From positions 54,932,001-54,996,000 of the forward strand of contig OX597822.1 in assembly GCA_951406725.2 (NCBI GenBank): 64,000 bases of DNA, read 5' to 3'. The notes under the pieces are model-generated. The model had not been told where the DNA came from. It made no database searches and was given only the letters and a program-made list of their open reading frames with translations. The stretch comes from Octopus vulgaris. Its lineage: Eukaryota. Numbering within the stretch: the stretch's first letter is position 1; each line of letters begins with the position of its first letter. Below are positions 52,135 through 64,000 of this stretch, piece after piece. Made by a program: the position numbers and the translations under genes.

Positions 52135-53076
52135 CAACAACAACAACAACAACAATTCTTCCTGCTATAGACACAAGGCCTGAAATTTTGGGGGCGGCTC
52201 TTTACGTCCTGAGTTAAAATTTAGTCGAAGTCGACGTTGCCTTTCATTCTTTTGGGGTCGATTAATTAAGTACTAGTGAAACACTGGGGGTCGATGTAAT
52301 CGTCTATCCCCTTATCCCAAATTTCAGGCCTTGTGCCTATAGTAGAATGGATCATTATTATTATTAGCCGTATAAATGATTACTGTTTTGTTTGAGTAAA
52401 CATTCTGTTTTAGAAGCGCCCAGAAAATATTGAACAAAAATTGAAGATAATACAGGCAAAACTAAAAGCAGAACAAAATTTATAATGACAATGAAAATGG
52501 CGTCTCGTTTGAACAATAAGAGTCATAAGTTCAAAAGACAGGCCTTCAGTCTAAGAAACTAAAATGAAATAAAAGATTATTATAGTTTGTAAGCTGTTTA
52601 CCACACCTAGCAGACTATAATAATGAGAGTTTAGCAAAACAATATTTGTTCCCGGGCAGCCATAAAACAAACACTATATAATAACAGTTACTTTTAAAGT
52701 AGTCAGTAGATGTAAAGAATTGGTTTAATGAACCAGACGAGTAGTTCTAAAGGGTTTGCTGAAGGGGTAGAATATAAAAGAAACACTTCGACAGAATATA
52801 ATAAGTATCGAATCGAAAAGATGATACAATTTGGATAGATGGACCACGATTATTGTGTTTACCATTGCGGATAAACACAATGAGAAGAAGAAAAAAAAAC
52901 CATCTTATAATACCATGTTTAATACGTAAAAGTAACATTTAAAATAGATTTGATCTGTATTGTGCTATATAATATTAAGCGCGAGATCTCTGTATATGTA
53001 GAAGGAAAATTTCCCTGACAGTCCTCCCCGCTTCCCTCTCAATCTCTCTGTGTGTATGTGTCCGTGTGTCTGTATC

Positions 53077-53127
<51 letters not shown>

Positions 53128-53144
53128 GTGTATGCATATGTGTG

Positions 53145-53191
<47 letters not shown>

Positions 53192-53413
53192 GTGTATAGT
53201 CTTACTCTTTAACTCTTTTACTCGTTTCAGTCATTTGACTGTGGCCATGCTGGAGCACCGCCTTTAGTCGAGGAAACCGACTCCAGGACTTATTCTTTGT
53301 AAGCCTAGTACTTATTCTATCGGTCTCTTTTGTTGAACCGCTAAGTGACGGGGGCGTAAACACACCAGCATCGGATGTCAAGTGATATTGGGGGGACAAA
53401 CATACACACAAAC

Positions 53414-53483
<70 letters not shown>

Positions 53484-53698
53484 GACGGGCTTCTTTCAGT
53501 TTCCGTCTACCAAATCCACTCACAAGGCTTTGGTCGGCCCGAAGCTATAGTAGAAGACACTTGCCTAATGTGCCACGCAGTGGGACTGAACCCTGAACCA
53601 TGTGGTTGGTAAGCAAGCTACTTACCACACAGCCACTCCTGCGCCTATATATATGTATATATGTGTGTGTATATATATATAGGGGATATGTATGTGCG

Positions 53699-53745
<47 letters not shown>

Positions 53746-54324
53746 TTATTTATTTATTTATTTATATATGTATGTATGTACGTATGTATGTATATACATG
53801 TACAACGTACATTCATGCAAGCATACAAACATCTTTCCATCCATCCATTTATATATGTACACACATTCACTCACACGCACGAAAAGTATTGTAATCCGGG
53901 TGGAGTGGTGATAAAGTGGTTCAAGCGAAGTGGTAAGATTCCAAGAAGAAAGTAGGAAAGGAGATGAGAGTCTAAGAGAGGAGAAGGTTCAGTCAGGCGC
54001 AGAATCGAACTGGGCTGACGACGTGAGCGAATGTTATTTATATATGGTTCAAAATTATGCAAAAAAAAAAAAAAAGGAAAGACGGGTAAAGGAACAGCAA
54101 ACAAGGTGTATTAGTTTAACGCTCAAGAAAAATGTTAGAAATCTTCTGCTGCCTCGAATCTACGCTCTTCTACAGAAAGAATGAAGAGAGAAAGTACATG
54201 GAGAGAAGGGGGCAAACGAGTTTGGACCAACGGTTGCACATGTTGAACTCAACAAATACTTTGGGGTAACAATAGCATCTAGACACGAAACTATGACACA
54301 AGAGCTACGAGCCTCTAACACACA

Positions 54325-54445
<121 letters not shown>

Positions 54446-54563
54446 ACATACAACATATGTAGAAACACCAACTCTCATATATAAACTCAGCTTCATAATC
54501 TTATGTACACAAATACGGAATCGTGTTTCTTCCAAAATGTTTCGTAGCAACAACTGTACCAAC

Positions 54564-54732
54564 CTTTGAATTTCCCTTGCTCCTCCGAATCTCTGCTGTT
54601 GAATTGTACGTGCAACAGTGCACTCGGTCCGTAATCTGTAATCTTCAACACCCAGCGGCTATCGACCACACAATTACTGCTTTTCATCCTACCGTGAGAT
54701 ACAAGACTGGAAGAATGGATATAGGCCATACC
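54564..54732 (-). CDS. Receptor guanylyl cyclase exon (pseudokinase catalytic loop region)
   Basis: 169 nt, cttacag|GGT...AAA G|gttggt; [35 protein letters not shown]... lacks the HRD Asp, as expected for receptor GCs. Confidence 0.93.
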
Positions 54733-57700
54733 CTGTAAGAGAAGAATGCACCAATGTCGATAAGATATGGGCCGTTCCATAGAAGAGAAGAACGCACTAG
54801 GTTGATAAGATATTGAACCGCTGATTATATTTTTGTTGTTGTCGAAAATCATTTTCGAGCTTACAGACTCTGAGGCTGGAGCTTATCCAGATTTCCAATG
54901 TAAATTAGGTCGAAAGTTCAAGATTCCGTCCTTAACGGACCCCAATGTATTGCAGAGTTAACCCTCAGGTGCCACTAGAACTCATTTTCCACTGAATGTA
55001 CTGGAGCAATGTGCGGTCCGAGAATCGAATGCACGACCTAACGATCGTGAATCCACATAAGCTAAACAGAGACCCAGGATGTGCCTTCATCTTTTCTTCA
55101 TATATATTTTCGTAAATTAGTCAAAAAGGGAAAGAGAGACAGAAGCATACTTCATGACCTCTACAGATTGATGGTCATCATGAATATTTGTTGGGAAAAG
55201 TTTTCTAGAAATGCACGGTCGGCGAAGGAATTCCAAAGGAATAAGCAGGTATGGCGAAGGAATAACAAAAGGAATAGGCAGGTATGGTATGCAGGGATAA
55301 AAAGGAAGGACAAAAAGGTAATAGGAGGGGGGAGGGGGGAGGGGGGAGGGGAGGGGAGAAACAGGAGGAAAAGGAGGGGAGGAGGAGGAATATGCAGAAG
55401 GTGGCGAAGAGGAGGAGGAGGAGGTAGAGGAGGAGGAGGAGGAGGAGGAGGAGGAGGAGGAGGAGGAGGAAAAGGAGGGGGAAGAAGAGCAGGATGAGGT
55501 GATTTATAATCCAATGAAGGGGAGATGTAGATAATTCAAAAGAGCAATGGCCGTTGTAGTAGCAGTACAGGGAAAGAAACATCACATCCGTGATCCAATG
55601 GGTTGTAGCGTGTTGGTGCTTAAATCTTTTCCGAATCATTCGATTGTTCTTCTTATGGATGCGGTCAACGACTCATGTGTTATGCGCAACAGCAGCAGCA
55701 GCAGCAGCAGCAGCATTGTCCTAGGTATCTTTTATATTTTACTTGTTTCAGTCATTATACTGCCTTGAAGAGTTTTTAGTCGAACGAATCGACGCAGTAC
55801 TTTTTTTCTTATGTCTGGTACTTATTCTATCGGTCTCTTATACCGAACCGCTACGTTACGAGGACGTAAGCCAACTAGCATCGGTTTGTCAAGCGGTGGC
55901 TGGGGACAAACACGAGAACAAAGACACACACGCACTCATGCACCCCACACACATACAACGAGCTTCTATCAATTTCGGACTACTAAATCCACTCACAAGG
56001 CTTTGGTCGGTCGGAGGCTATAGTATAAGACGCCCAAAATGCCACGCAGTGAGACTGAACCCGAAACCATGTGGTTGAGATGCAAGCTTTTTTATCACAC
56101 ACCTACGCCTTAGGGGCAGCACTTTTGCAAGTGATTAAGTATGAGGTGTATACTGCCACTGTAGCAGAATCATTGATGGTGTGATACAGTTTTGCCAGTT
56201 TTCTGTACATGAGATAGATACGAGAGATCATACAATATTGCGAGACCTGCTACTTTAAGCGACATTGATTGTTTTAGATACATTTCTGTTCTCTCTTATA
56301 TTTGTAGGGATCTGGGGGTTCGTATAGTTAAAAGAAACTAGGTTGCCATGTCTCCATTGAACACTGTTTTCGTAACCTCTGTTCATGGGTCTGATCTAGA
56401 TAGGCCGAACAATAAGTTACCTTTTTTTGAACGACTCTGTGAATTTAGTTTCTTTATATCATGACAGAATAGTGAGACTTTGTTGAGATTGTTGTGATTC
56501 AAGTTTACTGTGGAATGAACGATGTGGTGGTGAACCTTGCAAGTACTGGAGATTAGTAAATATAAATGTGATTGCATAAGCCATTGTTACACACGCTAAC
56601 AAAAATATTTACAAGTTACGATCTCTGTAAGTGCTAGGGAGATGATAAAATGATCCGTGTGTGTGTGTGTGCGCGCCCGTGCCTATGTCTATGTATGTGA
56701 AATCTATGAAGTGTTCCTGGAACTGAAATAAAAGAGCTGCCATATCTTCAGCAGTGACCTAATATTTTTATCTATTCTAGTATTTGTTAAACGCACCCTT
56801 AATGCGTTAAATTGTGGACCAGTAGTCGAAGAAATAAATGTTTATTCCCTACAAACCAACAGCGTGGCCTCTCTATATGGCCGCTTTTAGACCTGTCGTT
56901 AATAGCAGCCAGATCACGCCCTACTCTCTTTACGAAAGGAAAGCTATTATGGATTATACATCCTGACGAAATAGTCATAATTAGAGTATATTTGATCATA
57001 TGTCTACTCAATCAAGATTAACTCATGGCTAAACATTACCACTACCTTAACAGCAACAACACTTCTTGTACACTAACACTCTCCAACTACTTTCATGTTG
57101 CTGAACAGAGTCCTTTTTGTTTCTCTTCCTCTGCTACACTGACGGTTTCTCCGCCAATCTCGCTCTGCTACTACTACTACTACTCCTGCTACTGCTCTCT
57201 GTAGGATTACAACATCAGCTAATCAGATTGCAACATCCGACATGTCTTACTTTTTCAAGACAGTAAGGAGTGATTTGGGGAGAAATAGACGGTTATTTCT
57301 AGCAGATTAAACAATCATGTAGAGGCTTTCTTATTGGCTTGGTTTATTTTCAGGTTTACCCTAGGTCAGAATTCTTCGAGAAAACCTTTGATCAATGATA
57401 ACAGCAACTGTGACTGCTCCGTCTGGAATTCAGATGTAGTGTATCTAGAATTACTGCAATCAATGTTCTCTTGTCTTTTTAAAGGATGTAGAACGTGATT
57501 TGTGGAAAATTTGGTTTAATATGTTGATGTATTTACAGGCGTATAAGTTGTAACTCCGAATAAGAAGCATCTTTTTACACAAGAATATTTTGCGGAAAAA
57601 CTAACAACTTTATTGCGTTTCATCACATGAGATGGTTTTAAAGATTTTGATACATTTTTGGAAGGAAATGTGGTATCTCAAACATAGGAGATGATTGATT

Positions 57701-58801
57701 AAATATTCGCTCTAATATCTAAAACGCAAAAAAGTTTGAAGACAAGAAGTTCAAAATTTAGATTGACGATTATTGAACAAAATTAATAAAAGAAAAGCAA
57801 CTACTATTTCCGCTTTCAAAATATTGACTTCCAGGTGAGTTATTTAAATACACACTGAGTGGGCTTGGGGCTTTAAGAAAAACTAAATCATTTTCAGGGA
57901 AAACGAAATGCAGTAGAAATACATTCGTGTACACTTAGAGAGAGAGGGGGGAGAGAGAGAGGCAAAGAGGGGGAGAGAGAGAGAAAGGCAGAGAAACAGA
58001 GAGAAAGGCAGAGTGAGAGAGAGAGTTATATACAAATACAATCATCACCACATAGAATATAGTGCTTTGAAGGTAATATAGATGTTTGATGTGAAGGCGC
58101 ATGGCTCAGTGGTTAGAACGTCGAGCTTACGATCGTGAGGTTGTGAGCTCGAATCCCGGACTGGGCTGCGTGTTGTGTTCTTGAGCAAGACACCTTATTT
58201 CACGTTGCTCCAGTTCACTCAGCTGTAGAAATGAGGTGCGACGTCACAGGTGCGAAGCTGTAACGGCCGTTGCCTTTCCCTTTGATAACACTAGTGGCGT
58301 GGAGAAAGGAGGCCGGTATGCATGGGCGACTGCTGGTCTTCCATAAACAATCTTGCCCGGACTTGTGCCTGGTTGGGGGGGGGGTAATTTTCTAGGTGCA
58401 ATCCCATGGTCTGTGTCGTGACCGAAGTGGGTGGGGTCTCAGAATAGGTGTTTGAAGGTAATATTAACCACTCCAACTATAAATTAAGAACTAGAAATAC
58501 AAGATACATTCAAATACTGATTGCATTTCTTTCCTTTTTCACTGGTTTCCGTCACTGAACTGCGGCCATGCTGGAGCTCCACTTCCAAAAGTAGAAAAGA
58601 AATATACACACTTTTCTTTTAGCCTGTAGCTTTTAGCTTTTAACGTTTAGCTTCATATCAGGTCAAATATCTCTTTCGATAACACAACGAAATGTGAAGG
58701 TGTATATATCAAGCGCAAATTAACGTATTGCATTTGTGTTTAAGAAACAAGTATAAAGTCACGCGATTCGGTGACATTTTCTACTTAAAGGTAATACTTA
58801 C

Positions 58802-58873
58802 ATTGACCAGGTCAGAAAGTAGAGATTGTTTAAATGTCCAGTCTAGTTTAATGTCATCATTCTCCAGAATATC
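58802..58873 (-). CDS. Receptor guanylyl cyclase exon (kinase-homology domain)
   Basis: 72 nt, tttacag|GAT...AAT|gtaagt; DILENDDIKLDWTFKQSLLSDLVN; phase 0/0; too short for the ORF track. Confidence 0.93.
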
Positions 58874-58885
58874 CTGTAAATAAAT

Positions 58886-58896
58886 TATCATTATTA

Positions 58897-58949
<53 letters not shown>

Positions 58950-58951
58950 AT

Positions 58952-59013
<62 letters not shown>

Positions 59014-59030
59014 ATATTATTATTATTAAT

Positions 59031-59095
<65 letters not shown>

Positions 59096-59116
59096 TATTA
59101 TTACTATTATTATTAC

Positions 59117-59147
<31 letters not shown>

Positions 59148-59171
59148 ATATTATTATTATTATTATTAATA

Positions 59172-59224
<53 letters not shown>

Positions 59225-59282
59225 TATTATTATTATTATATATTATTATTATTATTACTTATTATTATTACTATTATTATTA

Positions 59283-59344
<62 letters not shown>

Positions 59345-59553
59345 GAATTGTTAGCACGCAGGGCGAAATGCTTAGCAGTATTTCGTCTTCTGCTACGTTC
59401 TGAGTTCAAATTCCACTGAGGTCGACTTTGCCTTTAATCTTTTCGGGGTTGATAAATTAAGTACCCGTGAAGCACTGAGGTCGATTTAATCGATTATCCT
59501 CCACCCCCAAATTTCAGGCCTTGTGCCTATAGTAGAAAGGATTGTTGTGGTTG

Positions 59554-59591
<38 letters not shown>

Positions 59592-59592
59592 A

Positions 59593-59623
<31 letters not shown>

Positions 59624-60437
59624 TAGTTTTATTTTTATAGCGTGCTTTCACTTCACTACCGAGCGCAGCTCTGTGTCCCTTGGGTATGTGCTGTGATTTG
59701 TTCTGATGTTCTGATGGTTATTGTATGGAAAGTGTTCTGCGTAGGATGTGTGCAGTGCCTAGTAGTGCAATTTTCTGTATGTTATATGTGTTTGTAAGTC
59801 CTGGTGTTTTTGTTATGTATTTGTCTGAATATTTTTTTATCATGCCTAATGCACCTACTATGATAGGAATTGTTTCTGTTTTCAGATTCCACATTCTAGT
59901 TACCTCTATTTCCAGGTCTTTGTATTTTGAGAGTTTCTCCATTTCTTTTAGAGACACGTTGTCATCTGCCGGTATTGATACATCAATTAGAAAGCATTTT
60001 TTTCTTCATGATCTCTGACAACTATATCTGGTCTGTTGGCCTTAATTTCTCTATCTGTGTGTATCGGCATATCCCAGAGTATGGTTGCTTTCTCGTTTTC
60101 TGTGACCTTTTCTGGTGTGTGCCTATACCATCATTTTTCTGTTGTTATTCCATAATGTTGGCATAGCTTCCAATGTATGTAGGTTCCAACTCTGTCATGT
60201 CTGTGAATATATTCCTTCTTAGCCAGGACTGGGCAGCTAGAGATAATATGATTTATTGTTTCTTGTCCATCTCCACATATTCTGCAGTTACTTGTAATAT
60301 TTCTTTTCATTACATGTTTTTGTATTATTATTATTATTATTATTATTACTATTATTATTACTATTATTATTACTAATATTATTACTATTATTATTACTAT
60401 TATTATTATTATTATTAATATATTATTATTATTAAGA

Positions 60438-60519
<82 letters not shown>

Positions 60520-60631
60520 TATTATTACTATTATTGAGTGAGAGAGCAGTGCATGCCTACTATTATTATTACTATTATTATTACTATTATTATTATTATT
60601 AATATAATTATTATCATTATTATTATTAATA

Positions 60632-60665
<34 letters not shown>

Positions 60666-60692
60666 ATATTATTATTATTTTTATTATTAATA

Positions 60693-60743
<51 letters not shown>

Positions 60744-61025
60744 TATTATTATTGTTATTATTACTATTATTATTATTATTATTAATATTATTATTATTGA
60801 ATTGTTAGCACGCAGGGCGAAATGCTTAGCAGTATTTCGTCTTCTGCTACGTTCTGAGTTCAAATTCCACTGAGGTCGACTTTGCCTTTCATCTTTTCGG
60901 GGTTGATAAATTAAGTACCCGTGAAGCACTGAAGTCGATTTAATCGATTATCCTCCACCCCCAAATTTCAGGCCTTGTGCCTATGGTAGAAAGGATTGTT
61001 GTGGTGGTTATTATTATTATTATCA

Positions 61026-61056
<31 letters not shown>

Positions 61057-61131
61057 TATTATTACTATTATTATTACTGTTATTATTATTATTATTAATA
61101 TATTATTATTATATTATTATTATTATTAATA

Positions 61132-61195
<64 letters not shown>

Positions 61196-61415
61196 ATATT
61201 ATTATTATTATTATTATTATTGTTATTATTATAATTATTATTAATATATTATTATTATTATTATTATCATTATTATTATTATTATCATTATTATTATTAT
61301 CATTATTATTATTATTGTTATTGTTATTATTATTATTATTGTTATTATTATTATTATTATTATTATCATTATTATTATCATTATTATTATTATCATTATT
61401 ATTATTATCATTATT
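58886..61415. repeat. Large interrupted (TTA)n microsatellite complex
   Basis: Three long TTA tracts separated by SINE and LINE insertions. Confidence 0.95.
59621..60322 (-). mobile_element. 3' fragment of R4/Dong-like family 2 in a (TTA)n array
   Basis: KLSKYKDLEIEVTRMWNLKTETIPIIVGALG..GTAHILRR; same 3' end as the 51766-52060 copy. Confidence 0.88.
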
Positions 61416-61689
61416 AAGGTGGTGAGTTAGCGCGTAAGACAAAATGCTTACTAGCATTTCTTCGGACTCATTGCGCTCTTAGTTCCAAATCTGCTGCAAA
61501 AGGATGGACTTTGCCGTCCATGCTTTCACAGTCGAACAAATAAGTACCAGTCAAATACTGAGGTGAATGTAATCGACTAACCGCCACCTCTCATAACTGC
61601 TACCTTTGAACCTAAATCAGAAGCAATTGCTATTTCCGTGGTCAAATTATCCGAGCACATCTTAAAACTGTTCAACATCGAATATCGGT

Positions 61690-63265
61690 CCGTTAAGAAT
61701 ACCCTCACTTCTCTCCCCTGTATGTTTTGGATCAGAAGCATTTGTGGTGGATATCAGAGAGTTTAAGAGCTTTGCCTCTGGGATCGATTAACAGATGATC
61801 TGTGCTGCACAGTGGACGACGTCACTGTCATAGTGTCGAACATTTCGAATGTATAAAAGCAATCGGTACTACATTGAAATGGTACTGAGTATATATAGGA
61901 ACATACATAAACCAAGACAAGAGTGAACTTGCAACTAAACAGTGGAGGAAGTAATTTTTGTTGGCGAGCAGTGATTTCTATTGTTAGACCTAGGGACCGG
62001 TGAAAGCTCTCGGAATCTTATTCGGAACAGAGCTTCTGTTGGATAGGAAATGGGAAGAGATCATAAGCAGAGTGGCCTATCATACACTAAAATTGGCTTA
62101 GTCGAAGCTGTCTCTGAAAGGTCAGGTAGAGGCAGAAGTTGCTAATGCATACATTACCTCGATGGTGTATTACCGCTTGACCGTCGTGCCTTGTTACAAG
62201 TATACATCTAACAAGGCTGGAAAGCATGTCTTTCTATTTCTTATAGAAGAGACAGGTTTCGCTGATCAGAAAATCCATCTGCTGCCAATACCCACTCCAT
62301 GGTGGTCTCAGGGGGTTGTTCTTGATGATGTATCGGCGCACACTGAGAAGGAAGCAACTGAAGAAACATCTGGACTACGATGATGATGCCGACAACGATA
62401 ACGAAAATGAGGGTGAACCGGTGTAGGCATCTTTTGTACCACACTTCTTTCTACAGCTCGTCTCCTTGAACGAGCTTCGTTTATCGGCCAAGCATAGGCC
62501 GAGTTGGGCATTTGGCATCTAGAATGCTCACTGCACAATGCCATCTGGAAAAGCCATTAATGGTGGGGGGGACTTTAGATTTATACTTAGGGTAAGGAGA
62601 AGGTATGAGTGGCGATAACCTGGAAATTACTCAAGACATCGACGAGAACATAAGCTCGGCATGGTCGGGGACAATGAACAACTTTCAAAAATCCTTGGCA
62701 CGGGAGTACTAAAGGAGAAAATTCTATGCTCTAAAGGTATGCAACGTTTCAACAGCTCAACTTGTCTGAGATGCATGCAGGACGACGAAACAGTACAGTG
62801 TCCGTGACTTGTGGGACTGTGTCGAACAGCTGCTGTCGCAGGTGGGGCGAATCCGGCTGTCTGCCGAGTCTATAGTGAAGGAAGGCAAACCTTTTCCTGT
62901 TGGTGAATAGGGTTAGCGAAATAAGTTGCATGATGGACTTATCTGACGAGCTTGGAGGCAAGCATTTTCGTAACTACTCAAGCTCTCATCAACCATATCA
63001 GCTTGAAGAGAAAGATGTGAGTGGCTAGGGAGGCGACTGTGAATGGGCCTAACTCTGAGGATACTTTTCTAAATGAAATGACAGGAACTTTGAGAGGACA
63101 CTTTCAATGCCTTAGAGATGGCAGAGTAATCTGGATCTTTTTCTGTTGAGTTTCCTCCAAATTATTAATTTTGTATTGTTGAAATTATTTAAAATTTATT
63201 TGAATATTTTTTAATTATATCTTTATTTTTGTCGACTTCCTTTTGATTTATGTAACCCCATTCTT
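61690..63265 (+). mobile_element. Degenerate Tx1/L1-clade LINE
   Basis: Decayed RT motif (AVDDVTV), KLSLKGQVEAEVANAYITSMVYYRLTVVPC; 3' end TTTTATGTAACCCCA shared with the ~35070 copy. Confidence 0.72.
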
Positions 63266-63486
63266 TGTGTGTGTGTGTGTGTAGGTGGGGAAAGTGTTGT
63301 ATTTCGCCATTTTACATTGTCTTCAATGTCATGGACATTTGTGGCCAACAAGAGAAATCATCATTACCACTACCACCACCACCACCACCATCACCATCAT
63401 CATCATGTATTCACTTATTTATTATTCAATAATTGCCACAATACAAACCCTAAAACCTATAAATAAAAAAAAACAGCGTTACTGAC

Positions 63487-63591
63487 CTGTAGACTTCCCT
63501 TTGAACAATAAGCAAACAAAACACACAAATTGGGTGGATCAACGCATGATCCAATAAATAGGTTAATATTTTCGTGACTTAGATCTCGCAT
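63487..63591 (-). CDS. Receptor guanylyl cyclase (NPR-like), first exon in window; kinase-homology domain
   Basis: 105 nt, tttccag|ATG...CAG|gtcagt; MRDLSHENINLFIGSCVDPPNLCVLFAYCSKGSLQ matches the receptor-GC kinase-homology domain. Gene continues upstream beyond the window. Confidence 0.93.
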
Positions 63592-64000
63592 CTGGAAAGA
63601 ATAATGAGTAGAGGAAAATTGTATGAATGAGATATACAAGGAGAAGCTGAACAGTTTCTGGCTTTGGGTAAAAGAAAATACAGGAGAATCAGTTAATACA
63701 ATGTCTGTATGTAAACGCAGCAAGTTGATGCAACTAATGCATTGCAGAAAAATAGCATATATTAGTAGTAAAAAGAAATAATGGCTTAAATAGGATGTCA
63801 GAAGACTGAAGTCTTCATAGAAATAGATAACCCCTCAAATATCTTGAAATAGAATCAGGATAATTAGTATAAAGTATGTAGAGAGAGCTCCCCTTGAATC
63901 TAAAACTATATAAACGAATATGAACCAGCATTGTAATCTACAGAGTGACGCCCCCTATAAGTATTGAATTTACCTCCCAGTAACTACCTAAACAAAAGAC

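Noticed and set aside
55081-55639. Gly/Arg-rich and Pro-rich ORFs; G-rich tract
   Set aside because: A (GGA)n/purine tract explains them. G-quadruplex potential exists but nothing indicates function.
56130-56620. Possible Penelope RT remnant on the minus strand (also ~430-790 and ~22490-22700)
   Set aside because: Only faint motif-like fragments; not supportable without a profile search.

Overview
This is AT-rich, microsatellite-dense animal genomic DNA. The repeat content suggests an octopus/coleoid cephalopod, but that is inference. One host gene is supportable: the 3' half of a receptor (membrane) guanylyl cyclase of the natriuretic-peptide-receptor type on the minus strand. I assembled it by hand from 11 GT-AG exons between 63591 and 20526. 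The phases are all compatible, giving 1455 nt = 484 aa + stop (pseudokinase domain, coiled-coil helix, cyclase domain). Its 5' exons lie beyond the right edge. The rest is introns/intergenic DNA packed with mobile elements: many RLE-type (R4/Dong-like) non-LTR retrotransposon copies in (TAA)n arrays, one with an uninterrupted 591-codon frame; a Penelope-like element with ~490-bp inverted arms, each carrying a variant minimal hammerhead-ribozyme motif; older Penelope, CR1, RTE and Tx1/L1 remnants; a full-length dead mariner nested in a SINE; a hAT-like MITE; three tRNA-derived SINE families, one of which moves as a dimer; and two near-perfect foldbacks. Most short ORFs in the supplied track are microsatellite or SINE artefacts. 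I see no convincing wholly new biological system. The best leads are the non-canonical hammerhead motifs, the (TAA)n-targeted retroelement community, the TSD-bounded dimeric SINE and a possibly displaced intron in the cyclase domain.
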